Shown here: in pieces, positions 36,333 to 49,157 of the stretch
Layout: every line of letters begins with the position of its first letter
How positions within the stretch are numbered: the first letter of the stretch is position 1
Source of the DNA: Mustelus asterias
Taxonomy: Eukaryota
NCBI RefSeq assembly: GCF_964213995.1
Contig: NC_135830.1
Span: forward strand, 12,338,001-12,402,000
Direction: 5' to 3'
DNA length: 64,000 bases
Program-made: the position numbers and the translations under genes
Notes under the pieces: generated by a model
Told to the model about the DNA's origin: nothing
Seen by the model: only the letters and a program-made list of their open reading frames with translations
The model's database searches: none

Positions 36333-36999
36333 TTGCTGTTTTAAAATTTGTCCCATTCCTGGGTGAATTCTGTTTCTCCAGAAGTGTCACCGCTCAAACT
36401 GAGTCTTTCTCGTTTCTACTTTGTTTATCTCACAGTTGCGGCTTTCTGACTGAAAACTGCCTCCGGTTCACTGGAAGGCGGTGTATTCAGCACTGAACTG
36501 AGCGAGAGGTTTTGTTCTCATTTATTATGAGATTTAAACACAGATCTGCGAGATTGTGTCAGTGGGAACAATAATCATCTCCATTGTAATTCAATCACTC
36601 CAGCCTTCCATCCTATCAAAAGACCGTTTGTTCTTTCCTCCTCTCCCTCTCTATTTTCCATGACTCTGTACTCGTTTGTAAACCATTAAATCACTAATTT
36701 GTTCCAGTTAGGGTCAAAGGTCAGCAACCTGAATCATTCACTCTCTTTCCCTCTCCACAGAAGCTGCTGAAGCTGATGAGTGCTTCCAACATTTTCTGTT
36801 TTGAGGTGGGATTTGCAGCAATTACAATTCCTAGTTTTGGATCACAGTGGATCACTTTTCTCTGACTGAACCTTACCTGTTTAAATAGTTAAAGGGCTGA
36901 GGTTTTAAATAATAAGACACCAGAATATGTCACCCTGTTTGACATGAAATTAAACAAAATGAGAATTAATCATTTCATAAAATGCTGCTAATGCAATGT

Positions 37000-37325
37000 A
37001 TATTTCATTGTCAATGCCAGCATTTGTTGTCCATCCCTATTTCCCACTGAACTGAGCATTTTGTTCGGCCATTTCAGAGGGCAGTTAAGAGTCAATCACA
37101 TTGCCTTGCGTTTGCAGTCCAATGGATACCAGAAAGGGGAAGGATGGCAGATTTCCTTCTGCAAAAGATCCACATGAGTTTTCATGACAATCAGAAAATA
37201 AAGCTTCATTACTGAGACTAGCTTTCACTTCCGTTTCAGTTCTAGACTGTGGTGGGATCGTGACCTGTGAGCCTGAGCCATGGGATTCATACTCCACTGA
37301 TGTTACCACTATGCCACCATCTTCC
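37000..37325 (-). mobile_element. tRNA-derived SINE (family of 41720-42068)
   Basis: gccagcatttgttgtccatccct...ggaaggatggcagatttccttc matches the 58805-59160 copy. Confidence 0.65.
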
Positions 37326-37807
37326 CAGAAGGGTATAAGTGTAAATCCTTCACATGGAATCAAAACGCTTAATTTCACATTGAAAACAAAGATTTAAAGC
37401 AATGTAGTGTGGAAATCAATGTCAGATACTCAGGATACCGGGGAATTGATGAGATATCTATTACTTTCATTCAAAGACAGAAAAATGTGGTGAATCCTCA
37501 GCGTGAGTGATGAAGGAGCTGCGCTCCGAAAGCTCGTGATTCCAAATAAACCTGTTGCACTTTACCCTGATGTTGTGAGAATTCATAACGGGTACTGAAG
37601 GTCATTTCATTTACAATTCGCAATGGATGATTTTGATAAAATTAACAACTTTCAGCAAATCGCACCGCAATCACATTGGGGATGATGCAGTGTGTTACTC
37701 TCCTGGCCTCATTGCACAAGCTCCAGAGGATGATTGCTCAAGAACACAAACAGTTGAGCGATAAAGAGGTCGACGGCTTCATTGATCAGTGATTACCCGA
37801 GGGTACG

Positions 37808-37908
37808 ACACACACACAGACACGCACGCAAACGCACACGGACACACACGCACACACAGACACGCACGCACGCATGCACGCACAGACAGACGCACGCACG
37901 CACACACT
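37808..37908. repeat. (CA)n/(CACG)n microsatellite
   Basis: Direct inspection. Confidence 0.9.
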
Positions 37909-37937
37909 TGCTCAAGAATGCTCTAGCCATCTCAATT

Positions 37938-38009
37938 TCCATGTTGGTCCTGTCGTTAGAATTCACAGCTTTCACTGTTGCGGTCTGGGTGCGATTCCCG
38001 GTCAGGGAA
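37938..38009 (+). pseudogene. tRNA-Glu(TTC) pseudogene
   Basis: tccatgttggtcctgtcgttagaattcacagctttcactgttgcggtctgggtgcgattcccggtcagggaa; A and B boxes mutated. Confidence 0.7.
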
Positions 38010-39086
38010 TGATGATTTATTGCTCTCGTGCAACACATGAATTAAGGAGAGGGGGCATTGCTTCCTGATCGAAAACGGGAGCGATACTTGTGGCAGATTG
38101 AATAGCAAAGAGGAAAAATCTGCACGATTCCACAATCCTGTCAACTACCCACAACAATCCATTTACATTAAGAAGTCTCACAATGCCAGGTCGACTTGGA
38201 GTCAGGAGCTTTCGGGGCGCTGGTAAAACATGATGCTGTGAGACTTCTTATTATGCCCACCCCAGTCCAACGCCGGTATCTCGACCTCATACTTACATTG
38301 CAATTGCTGGTAAATCCTGTCAGAATGAGTGAGTTACCTTCTACTGCATTAAGTTTCACTGTCGCTCACCACATTCAAAAAGCAATGTTTGTTATAAACC
38401 TTATTGTGGTAAATCTGTTGAAAAACTTCAGCTTATCACAGCTCCGCTTTCATCTCATTGGAAGCTAATGTGAAAAGATGAACAATTTCAAAGCTGAACA
38501 ACATGCACGAGACTGGAAGGAAATGCGACTGTGAATAATTGACACTGCATATTCCTGTACTCAGTATCTGGGAGAATCAGGAAGATGAAATCCTGGTGGT
38601 CCACTGTTTAGGATTCGGCGCTTTCAGGGTCATAGATCGGCTTCGATATGCTAAGATTTAAAGTTCTTGATAATCCATTGAACAAACTTGAATTGTTTCC
38701 TGATCGAAAACAGCTCTATCAGAAGCAGTGGAGTTAGATCTATATTTCTGTCCGAATTGGAAATGTCACATGGGCAACTGTTCAAGAACAAACACAGATA
38801 GTGAAGGACAGTGATAGGCTGCAAAGCGCTGCCAATAGAGATGGGGATACAAGGTCAAATCTGTATGACAATGGGGTACATTTTATCGATTAGATTGACA
38901 CAAACATCTCCTAGACCTGGATCCAAATCTCAGCCAAATCACAAGAAAACATCTCGCTAACTTAAACGCTAAGCTCTCCGACTTCACTCAGAAACCAGTT
39001 ACGATGAGACAAAGCGGCATGCAATCTGACCGCTCGATCCCCCTCAATAAAACTACATTGAATCCCGAGGACCAACTGACAGCTGA

Positions 39087-39158
39087 GGGGGTATAGCTCA
39101 GTGGTAGAGCATTTGACTGCAGATCAAGAGGCCCTCGGTTCAAATCCGAGTGCCCCCT
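39087..39158 (+). tRNA. tRNA-Cys(GCA), apparently intact
   Basis: gggggtatagctcagtggtagagcatttgactgcagatcaagaggccctcggttcaaatccgagtgccccct; T-stem ctcgg/ccgag is fully paired. Confidence 0.93.
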
Positions 39159-40194
39159 TTCTTGTTTAATTGATACTTTTCTTTTCAATTCCAACTGTCT
39201 TTCATTGGCTGCAAAGCGCGTGGTGACGTCCAGCAACCGGGAAAGGCGCGACATGAATACAAGTCGATCTTTCTTGAATTATCTTTAATCCGAATCCTTT
39301 GGCTACTGACCCTCATCAGTGGAAACAGTTTGTCCCTATCTACTTCATCAAGCGGCCCTTTCCCTTGTTAGCAGAAGCGGGTAACCACGAAATCGCAGCA
39401 ATACTGTGGGGAGGGAAATAGTCAAGGGGCTTGCATAGTATTGCAAACGATGTGGTCATGTTGTAGTTCTCGACTATATTTTACGAAAAGAGAATTAGGG
39501 TTGGATACATCCAGCACTCGCTGATACCCTGATATGGTGTGTCTTAGTTTCAGTGGCGGAATTTCGTCCTGCGTTCAACTCGTAAGCAAATGTTTGGTGG
39601 CTCACTACCATCCAGAGGCGGAGGTTGTACTTTTATTTTCCCGACCAGCATTCATTGTCGCGCAGTTCCGGCTTGTGAACCTAGGCAACAATAAAAATAT
39701 TTCTCAAATGTTGCCGTTCTACTGTGGTCAGGTGTTGTCAACATTACTTATTTAATGACTATTCGTATCATACATATCACATGGTATAATATATATTCAT
39801 TTCAAACATGCAATTAAAGTTCAGAATTAGAGTCTTTGCTGGATGTGTTTGTGTGTCAGTTCTCCGATGAGTCCTCATCTGAGACTGGGAAACAATCTCT
39901 CAGTATTCTGTCGGTTCAATAAGATTGCTTCTCAGTCTTCTAAACTCCAGGGAATTTCAGCCCAATTTGCACAGCCTCTCATCCCAGGAGAACTCTCTCA
40001 TCGCTGGAACCAACCAAGTGGACCGTCTCCAATGGAAGGATAGCCTTTTTTCCAAAGAAAAGCCTCGTGGATATCAAAAACGCTCCGAATATTTCACAGT
40101 TGCTCCTAACAAAACCCTGTATAAATGTAAATTGGCGTTTTTATTCTTATACAGCAATCTGCTGGCAATAAAGACCAAGATGCCATTTCCCTTC

Positions 40195-41628
40195 CTATTG
40201 TGATTTATATAAATGATCTGGAAGAAGGAGTAACTGGGGCGATCAGTAAGTTTGCGGACGACACAAAACTGGGAGGGCTTGCAGATAGTGAGGAACATTG
40301 TCAGAGGCTACAGAAGGATATAGATAGGCTGGAAATTTGGGCAAGGAAATGGCAGATGGAGTTCAATCCTGATAAATGCGAAGTGATGCATTTTGGTGGG
40401 AATAATGTAGGGAGGAGCTACACGATAAATGGAAGAACCATAAAGGGTGTAGAGACGCAGAGGGACCTGGGTGTGCAAGTCCACAGATCTTTGAAGGTGA
40501 CGTCACAGGTGGAGAAGGTGGTGAAGAAGGCATATGGCATGCTTGCCTTTATAGGACGGGGCATAGAGTATAAAGGTTGGGGTCTGATGTTGCAGATGTA
40601 TAGAACGTTGGTTCGGCCGCATTTGGAATACTGCGTCCAGTTCTGGTCGCCACACTACCAGAAGGACGTGGAGGCTTTGGAGAGAGTACAGAGGAGGTTT
40701 ACCAGGATGTTGCCTGGTATGGAGGGGCTTGGTTATGAGGAGAGATTGGGGAAACTGGGGTTGTTCTCCTTGGAAAGACGGAGGATGAGGGGAGACTTAA
40801 TAGAGGTGTATAAAATTATGAAAGGCATAGATAGGGTGAACGGTGGGAAGCTTTTCCCCGGGTCGGTGGTGACGTTCACGAGGGGTCATAGGTTCAAGGT
40901 GAAGGGAGGGAGGTTTAACACAGATATCAGAAGGACAGATTTCACACAGAGGGTCGTGGGGGCCTGGAATGTGTTGCCGGGCAAAGTGGTGGAGGCGGAC
41001 ACACTGGGAACGTTTAAGACTTATCTAGACAGCTATATGAACGGAGTGGGAATGGAGGGATACAAAAGAGTGGTCTAGTTTGGACCAGGGAGCGGCGCGG
41101 GCTAGTTGTTCCTTGTTTCTCGTTTCAAGGCTTCATTCTATGATCATCTTGCTGGTGCCAGTACAGAGCGAGACTGCGGATAGTTGGGAACCTGTCTCGG
41201 GGGCAGGGAATTCATATGGTGTTCGTGGAAGTGGAAATGACTAGGGTTGGGAAGCATTTTCCGATCAGGGCCATTGTGATCTCCTGGACTCGTTTCGATC
41301 GCCTCAGGGGGTCGGAGAGGAATTTCCCAGATTTTATTTTCCCCATATTGGCCCTGGGGTTTTTCACTCTGGGTTTTCGCCTCTCCCTGGAGATCACATG
41401 GTCTGGAATGGGGGGGTGGGGGTGAGTTAATAGGTTGTAATGAACAAAGCATCGTAGCTGTGAGGGACAGCTCGGTGGATAGGATATTGGTATGTAGATA
41501 GGCTGGAAAATTGGGCGGGGATCCTGGATTCAGGATTCAATCCTGGACCGGGGAGCGGCGCGGGCTTGGAGGGCCGAAGGGCCTGTTCCTGTGCTGTATT
41601 GTTCTTTGTTCTTTGTTGTTTGTTGTTT
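40195..41628 (+). mobile_element. Young CR1 LINE 3' part with an open 292-aa ORF2 segment and extended 3' UTR
   Basis: ORF 40200..41078 runs IYINDL...KFADDTKLGG...WQMEFNPDKC to the stop. TTGTTCT/TTG tail. It abuts an older minus-strand CR1 at ~39840-40195. Confidence 0.93.
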
Positions 41629-41719
41629 GTTTGCTGCGCCACCATGCTATCTTCCTGCGTTCCTTGTCCAAACACACCCAAATCTCTTTCAACATAAACG
41701 CTTATAACTAGGATAGACG

Positions 41720-42068
41720 ATGGCCTGGTGATATTATCGCGAGACTATTAATCTAGAAACGCACCCAATTTTATGTGGCCCCGGTTTTGAATCCTGCCAC
41801 GGCATGTTGTGGAATTTGTATTCAATAAAAACTATCTGGAATTAAGAATCTACTGATGACCATGAAACCATTGCCGATTGTCGGAAAAAGAAACATGGAG
41901 TTCGGTAATGTGCTTGAGGGAAGGAAATCTGCCGTCCCTTATCCGACCTGGCCGACATTGACTCCAGAGCTGTAGCAACGTGGTTGACTCTCAACTATCC
42001 TAGGGCAACCAGGATGGGCAATAAATGCTGGCCAGCCAGCGACACCCATTTCTAATGAATTAAAAAAT
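41720..42068 (+). mobile_element. tRNA-derived SINE with L2-like 3' end (SacSINE1/DeuSINE-like, by recollection)
   Basis: tRNA-like head, gagggaaggaaatctgccgtcc core, and gggcaataaatgctggccagccagcgac...aaaaaa tail. Confidence 0.7.
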
Positions 42069-42131
42069 AATAGGTCACCTTTTCAAACATTGTCTGCTCT
42101 TTCTCCGTTTATGAACAAGAGAATATCTTTC

Positions 42132-42410
42132 TGGGCAACATGGTGGCACTGCTGCCTCACAGCGTCAGGGACCCAGTTTCAATTCCCGGCATTGGTTACT
42201 GTCTGTGCAGAGTCGGCATGTCTTTCTCGTGTTGCGTGGGTTTCCTGCGGTGCTCCTTCTTACTCCCACAGTGTGAAAGATGTGCTGCTCGGTGCATTGG
42301 CCATGCTAAATTCGCTGTCAATTTACCCGAGAAGGTGCCGGTTCTGCGGACGAAGGAATTGTCACAGAAACTTCATTGCAGTATTACTGTAAGCTTAATT
42401 AAAAAACTTT
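42132..42410 (+). mobile_element. V-SINE, degraded
   Basis: ctgctgcctcacagcgtcagggaccc...gcgtgggtttcc...ttggccatgctaaatt. Confidence 0.7.
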
Positions 42411-43379
42411 AAATTGTCCAACTTTATACCCGATGTGCTCCAACCACTGAGTTATGGAGCCAATTCCTGCGCCCAGCTCGGAGTTAGTGTATCATCATCA
42501 GTGGAGCAAAGAAGAGGTTGAATTTTCAGGTGGGCGATATTTGATGGATGTGGAAATATCCGAGGTGGAGAACAAGGAGTTAATCAATGCGATTTGAAAG
42601 AGGAAGAATTTGACATGTGTGTCAGTTGCTTTTGTGATAAATATCTGCCGTGTCATTCTTCTTCAGAGTTTACTGTTGTTGTTACATCTCTGATTTTTCC
42701 AGCTCTGATACAATTCATTCAGCTGACGATTAAACTTGTTTCTTCCTTAACATACACTGTGAGGCGTGTTTTCGTTTAATGAAGAGTTGAATAAGAAGTT
42801 TTCTAGTACTTGCCTGGGACTCCAACGCGGAACGTGGCGCCGAAACCTGACCACGGGACGCCAGGAAAGCTAATATCAGAGATCTGAAATTCGTTGATAA
42901 CCATCTCTGTCTCCACTGCTTCATTTCAGGTCACTTTCGCTACTGACATTGTCACACAGTCATTCTAACATCTTATAACCAACTGAAACAAATTATGTCT
43001 TCATCCTTCATGTTCAAAGACTTTCGGCTCCAGAAACTAAGTACGTGCAGAGCAACGTGCCGTTTAGTTAACAGTTTATCATCAATTCCGGGCTTTTGCG
43101 GTGGAAACATTGACTCTGAACCACTAGACCACCCAGGCTCCACTGTCACTGGCTCAATGTTGCCTTGTCCACCATTCCTGGTGTCATGTAATCCATCCGA
43201 CCTTGTGCTCTATCACAGAAATTCCTTTTCTTCCTTTTGCTGAGTGATTCCTGACTTTACAATCAGAAAATACTGGGAATACTCAGCAGGCCAATTCATG
43301 TTTAGTGACAAACGCGCAAATAATTCCAGTAATCGAATCCCTCTGAAATAAAAAACATTTGGATTTTTTTTCTGTGAAG

Positions 43380-43585
43380 GCAAAATACTGCGGATGCTGG
43401 AACCTGAAACAAAAATAGAAAAATGCTGGAAAATTTCAGCAGGTCCGACAGCATCTGTAGAGAGAGAATAGCGCCAACGCTTCGAGTCCGGAGCTATGAC
43501 GAAGGGTCATCCAGGCTTGAAACATTGGCTCTATTTCTCTCCACTGATGCTGTCAGGTCTGTTTAGATATCCAACCTTTTCTCTT
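43380..43585. mobile_element. Penelope-derived fold-back element with degenerate hammerhead motif
   Basis: Arms gacagcatctgtagagagagaatagcgccaacgcttcgag / cttgaaacattggctctatttctctccactgatgctgtc flank atgacgaagggtcatcc. Confidence 0.55.
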
Positions 43586-43596
43586 TATGATGAAAG

Positions 43597-43668
43597 TATT
43601 TCTGCCGGGATTAAACAGGGGACCTTTCGCGTGTAAGGCGAATGTGACAATCACAACACCACAGAAAC
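43597..43668 (-). pseudogene. tRNA-Val(TAC) pseudogene
   Basis: gtttctgtggtgttgtgattgtcacattcgccttacacgcgaaaggtcccctgtttaatcccggcagaaata. Confidence 0.75.
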
Positions 43669-43877
43669 ATTGCGATGCAATGATTCAAGGAAACTGGTTC
43701 CAAAACCTGTCAATTGCCAACAATAATTTACATTTGAGTTGCATGGTATTCTGTGACAACAAAGATAGTTCGTCAAGATAATTAACTGGACATATAGCGG
43801 TGATAAGATTCGATCACACGCTTCAACTAATATTACTGCCCTGTACGTAGTCTCACAGCACCAGGTTTATTTGGTAG

Positions 43878-43912
43878 CACGAGCTTTCGGAGCACTGCCC
43901 CTTCATCAGGTG
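43878..43912 (-). ncRNA. Minimal type I hammerhead ribozyme motif in a Penelope-derived short element (~43845-44010)
   Basis: cac-CTGATGA-aggggcagtgctcc-GAAA-gc-TC-gtg: intact core, stem I cac/gtg, stem II ggggc/gctcc, stem III reduced to the palindrome AGCT. Confidence 0.7.
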
Positions 43913-44222
43913 AGTCACGTGATGAAGGGGATGTGCTTGGACTTTAACCTGGTGTTGTGAGACTACTTACTGTGCTTATCCCAGTCCAACGCTGGCAACT
44001 CCACATCATTACTGCCCTGAACTCATCAATGGAGTACAATTGGCACACATGACCCATTGAGCCTCCTTCACGACTTAATCAAGGCAGACCCACAGCCTCA
44101 ATCGCAATTTCCCACCTAATCCCGATAGCCCTTCATCTACTTAGATTCCAACAACTCTCCACCTCAACCTTCAATGTCTTCATCAACTGAAGATCCACAG
44201 ACCTCTGTGCGGCGACAGAATT

Positions 44223-44504
44223 GATGCAAGATGGCGCCCGAGCGAGGCGACCACTTGCAAGCTATTCGCAGCATACCTTCTAACTCTATCTTTTCCTCTT
44301 GTTCTATGCTTCTAAAACTTCATTGTCACTCTTTTAAACTCTCCTACAATGCTGAATTCATTTTCTTACACCCCAGCTATGACTGTAGCACTACATTATG
44401 CACTCTCTCGTCTGCTTCTCTATGAACGGAATGCTTTGTCTGTACAGCGTGCAAGAAACAATACTTTCCACTGTATGCTAATACATGTGACAATAACAAG
44501 TCAA
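44223..44504 (+). mobile_element. Short non-autonomous element with a Rex1/Babar 3' end, TSD AGAATT, inside a CR1 3' UTR
   Basis: The 3' half matches the 3' UTR at ~3695-3830. agaatt at 44217-44222 and 44505-44510. Confidence 0.75.
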
Positions 44505-45985
44505 AGAATTCCAAAGATTCACAAGCCTTTGAGGGAAGAAATGTCTCCATATCTCAGTCATAAATGGCTGAAACGCTATCCAGAAAATGTGAGCCCAGAG
44601 TACCTTACTGAGGCACGTTTTGCCACCGTATAACTGTAACATCACTCATTTGCCATGGCTAATCCATATAGCCTACAACAGCTGCACCATGCGTGTGACA
44701 GTGGACGCAGAAAAGCAACAATATGCCAGTGGCGACTTTGTTGAGGGCATTTTTTCAATAAATGGCGAAGAACAAAGTAACATTTTGTCTGCTCCAATCC
44801 AGTTCAGATGCAACAACGATCTCGAATCCGGGAAAATTAAAACAAAATATTAATTTCGATGATGTTTCGACCTGATTTTGAATCGGGGAGCTCATCGTAT
44901 ATGAAATGAACATGTTAACTCCTACAATCCAGAAACTCTGCTCACTACTATTGTGCCCGGTCCAGAATATCAAACCGTGCAGTCTGATTGCAGTTTAAAT
45001 CCTTGTTTTCTGGAATTACAATTCTGTTGACAACCTTAGCCATGTGGCAGAGTCATCGATCTCACATAAGATTCAGAAAATAACATTTGTCACGAATTTG
45101 CTCTCTTTCTCCATGACTGCAGTTGCAGAATATTATTCAAGCACTGGAAAATTGTAAATGCCACATGGCGGTGAGATAGTGTGATGCATTAATATTTAAT
45201 AACAAATAGAGTTGGGACAGTTGCTTTGAAAAGGTTTTGTCAGTTTTTTTGAACACAATAATCAGTATACTTCAGGAACACAGGTGACAAATGGAAGTGT
45301 TTAGAATTTGATGCGTGTCCACAGATTCTGCCACACCTGCTGAGAATTTCCACCATCTCATGCTTGTATTATAAATACAGGTTTTATCAGAACATAAAAC
45401 GGCAAGACGGCAATGATAAATGAAATAGTCCCACAAGCTGTTCGCCTGTAACTTTCTATTTCCAAAACCCACCAATCTCATCATTGCTGATCCTGTGAAA
45501 CTTACCTTGTAAAACACGGCAGGCATTCATCTCTCAAAGAACTGAAACGCCTCAAATGTGAACTATCTGCTCTTAATCTCAGGACTTTGCAATTATAAAA
45601 ACAGCATTCTGGTGGAAGTTTAACTCTGTCCTCAATCCACTGATCTTTGCCGACTTGCTGTCTATTTCCCTCATTGAACACATTTCAGGTTGGGACAGAC
45701 AGATTCCTGATCTTTCCGGGAAAGAAGAGGCGTGTGCAGGAAAATGGCAACCCAAGATCAAACATGGGTTAAAGTTTCGAGTTCAGTTATTGAGTTTAAT
45801 AATATTTGAAATACATAAATTGTTACAAATAATATGTTAGAGATAAATGTTCAATAAACTAACGTCGGCTAACAGTAGAGGCAGAAACACACGATAAGTC
45901 TTTTTCAATGTTGCCCAAGGACTCAGTGACACTCAGAAACCGAGAGACAATGAAAGCAGATGGAGAGAAAAAGAAGCGAAAGCGC

Positions 45986-46059
45986 AGTCCCTGGATGCTC
46001 TCGAACCACTAACTTTCCGGTTAATAATCGAACGTGCTAACCAATTGCGCCACAGAGAC
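45986..46059 (-). pseudogene. tRNA-Asn pseudogene (anticodon GTT>ATT)
   Basis: gtctctgtggcgcaattggttagcacgttcgattattaaccggaaagttagtggttcgagagcatccagggact. Confidence 0.8.
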
Positions 46060-46447
46060 TGAGACAGCTGCAGCCCACATGGCATCCTAAATCAGGGTGT
46101 CAGCGTGTTGGCTGCAAATTCGACGCCAATTCAATTTTCACCAAACCTGTCACAGTAAGACCAAATGATGGCATCGTTTACAAATCTAAACATGCATTTC
46201 TTTTAAATTTTACCCCACAGTGTTGCTGTGTGTCATGGTGAATCCCTTCTCCTAACATGGGAAAAGGGCCGTTTTAATAGAGCAGGGAGGGACAGACTGT
46301 TTCCACTGACAGTAACAGAGGACTGGGATTGAAGATCATGAAATGTTTGCATTTATATAGAACCTCTCCCGACCACCGCACGTAACAAAGCGCTTTCCAG
46401 TCAAATACGGGCAGTTTTAATTGAAAAAAAATTAATTAAGCGCGGAT

Positions 46448-46518
46448 GGAGGCATTCGATTTGAATGCAGAAACGTCTTGACCTGTAGTGAAATGCTCTG
46501 CCCCGAAGCTACATTGCC
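46448..46518 (-). pseudogene. Degenerate tRNA-Cys-like pseudogene
   Basis: ggcaatgtagcttcggggcagagcatttcactacaggtcaagacg...ttcaaatcgaatgcctcc resembles the 39087 gene. Confidence 0.5.
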
Positions 46519-47632
46519 TTAATACAAGCCCTCCGTTTTGTCGCTCCTTAGTGCTCTGTCTCGCGTGGTGTATGCTTATGTTTGCTCCTCTGTGTGCGTG
46601 ACTGTGCTTACGTACGCCAAGGGCGTGAACACGTTTTTTTTACCATCACACACTCTATTCACTTACTTCATAAATCTTCATGATGAATGTACATAAGATG
46701 GCAAAGGCTTAAAGTTGCGAGATGAAATTGACCCTTTCCGTTATTTGTGAGTGGAGACAGCTTATTGACTGAGTTCCCGTATGTTCCATTGTGAAAGATG
46801 TTCAAACATTTTCTTTGATCAACATTTAAACAGACAGCGGATTCACTCGGTGTGACGGTGGGTTCCAGTTCTATATCTCTGATCACAGCATCAATTCATG
46901 TCACTTGCTGTGAACCAATATTTCTAATAGGTTGGATGCTCCAATATTTTTAATACGTTGGATGTTTAATCTAATTTACTTCATTTTATATTTCATTATT
47001 TCATCTCAGATCTATTTCCACCAGAGGCAAGTCTCTCTCTCAAGATGTTCTGTTTAGGTAGAACATAAGTTAGTCCTTCATTCAGTGGCAACAACGATTA
47101 CTTTTCGCTGCAGTATGAAAGCGGCAATGACGTGAAATAATCACACAAGCTGCTCATGTGTTCCTCTCAATTCCCAAAATCCACCAACTTCATCACTGCA
47201 GTTCTCTGTAATCGTTGTGCAGTCCACTCACCGGTTACCTATTATCCGCAGCACACGTGACTGCTTCAAAGGTCTTGTGCATGATTTCATTGTGCGGTGC
47301 AAACATTCTGTAATACTCTGCTTTCCTGACGCTCAGGCCATGGACCACAAAGTACTTGCTCATTTATCTCTCTTGAATTGTACCCTATCAGGGCCCTTTC
47401 CTGTTGGTGTGTTTCCTAGCTCCTGGGTATCACTTGTTTAAAACTTCCTACATTTCCAAACTTTACCAGCTTAAATGAAAGGTTGTCGAGGTGTAAGAAG
47501 AGAGTCCTTTCTCTGTGTGCACTTGCTGCCTGACTTCCTGAGTGTTTCCAGCGCTTCCAACTTTCACTGCAGCTGTCTGATCAGATTTGTGTGACAATAT
47601 AATATCCGTATTTGAGCAGCTCTGTCAACAGC

Positions 47633-47722
47633 GGCTCGTTGGTCTAGGGGTATGATTCTCGCTTTGGGTGTTATGATTCGCAAAACTGCGAGAGGTCCCG
47701 GGTTCAAATCCCCGACGAGCCC
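47633..47722 (+). tRNA. tRNA-Pro(TGG) with 18-nt intron at 47669-47686
   Basis: Exons match vertebrate tRNA-Pro(TGG) except for one T-stem mismatch (ccccg vs cccgg). The insert tgttatgattcgcaaaac lies one base 3' of the anticodon. Confidence 0.88.
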
Positions 47723-49076
47723 CATTGTTGTTGTTTGCGATGGCAAAGTCTTGTTCATTACTTGATGAGTTTACCTGCGGTTTCGTTTGAGAAACTGACA
47801 ATACAGGGGATCTAATAACACAACGCACTCAAAAGTATTTAAAAAGTTGACCCTTCTTTTGGACATTCCCATTATTCCTAGTCAACGATTCAGAGGACCC
47901 AATGCTTGTGGGTTCCGGCCGCTGGCTTTGTGTGCACCGTTATTCATTCATACGATGTGGCTGACTCCCCCACGTACTGTCTATATCTGTCTCTCTTTGT
48001 TTCTGTGTATCGATCTGTCTTTTTCACTCTCTCAGACTCTCTCTGTACCTCTATCAACTTTCCATATTGTGTTCTTATTTCCCTCTATTCTCGCAGTGTC
48101 TGTGTAACCAAGATTCACTGGATTGATTGCTGTGATGAGACAGTTGCCCTTGGAGGAGAGATTTATTGTGACTACCCTGTTCTCTCTCGAGTTTGGAATA
48201 ATGAAAAGTGATCCCACTGAAAAGTCTGCAACGGCGAGACTGTTTGACAGTGTACATGCTGAGAGATTGTTTCCACCCCCCCCCTCACACACTCGCCTCC
48301 CTACACCCCTCCACCGCATCCCCCCCCCCCCCGGCCCCCTACACCCCTCCTCCTCCCCCGCCTCTTGCTCGAGTCTGGAGTGTTTTAAACTGGGCTCACA
48401 ATATCCGGATAGTACGTCAACCATTTAGGACCGAGGTGAGGAGAGAATTCTTCACTCAGAGACTTGTGAATGCTTGGAATTCTGTAGCCCAACGGTCTGC
48501 GGGTCCTCAACCAGTGAGAATATTGAATACTGAGAAGGAGAATTGTTTTGAACTCGAAGGGAGTTAAGGGATTCGGGATTTGGTGGCAAATTGGTGTTGA
48601 ACGTGGGATTCACCGTGATCTTATTTCATGGTGGAGGAGAGTTGAAGGGAAATATGACCCACTCCTTCTCCATCGATTCTGTCCATGGCAACAGCAACCG
48701 TGACAGCATTCCTTTTCTACAGGTAAATTTGACCTTTGGTCCCAGCACTGAACTGATGTTTTGTGGAGGCGTGGGATCGAGTCCCACTTTTTTTAAATAT
48801 TTCAATTGATTTAGTTTAGATTTCATGAAATACTTTTGTTCGATCATGCCATGGCTCAGATTTAATGCAGCAGGAAACATCTTATTCACTTGGACAAAAG
48901 GAGCCAGCAGAGACGATGTAAATACAAGTTGTTCGGGACAATTGGCAGGATTGTGGAATGGGATGGAAATTTAATCCTTATTTATCAAAGTGGCACAAGT
49001 ACCACTCCTGTTTTCGAGTAGGAAGTAATTTCAGCTCCTCTTCATTCATGTGCTGCACGACAGCAATAGAGTTGCA

Positions 49077-49157
49077 TTCACTGACCTGGAATTAAACCCA
49101 GGCCGCGGTACTGAAAACTCCGAATCCTCCGAGTACTAACCACCAGACCAGCAGGGA
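49077..49157 (-). pseudogene. tRNA-Glu(TTC) pseudogene with short internal duplication
   Basis: tccctgctggtctggtggttagtactcggaggattcggagttttcagtaccgcggcctgggtttaattccaggtcagtgaa. Confidence 0.7.
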
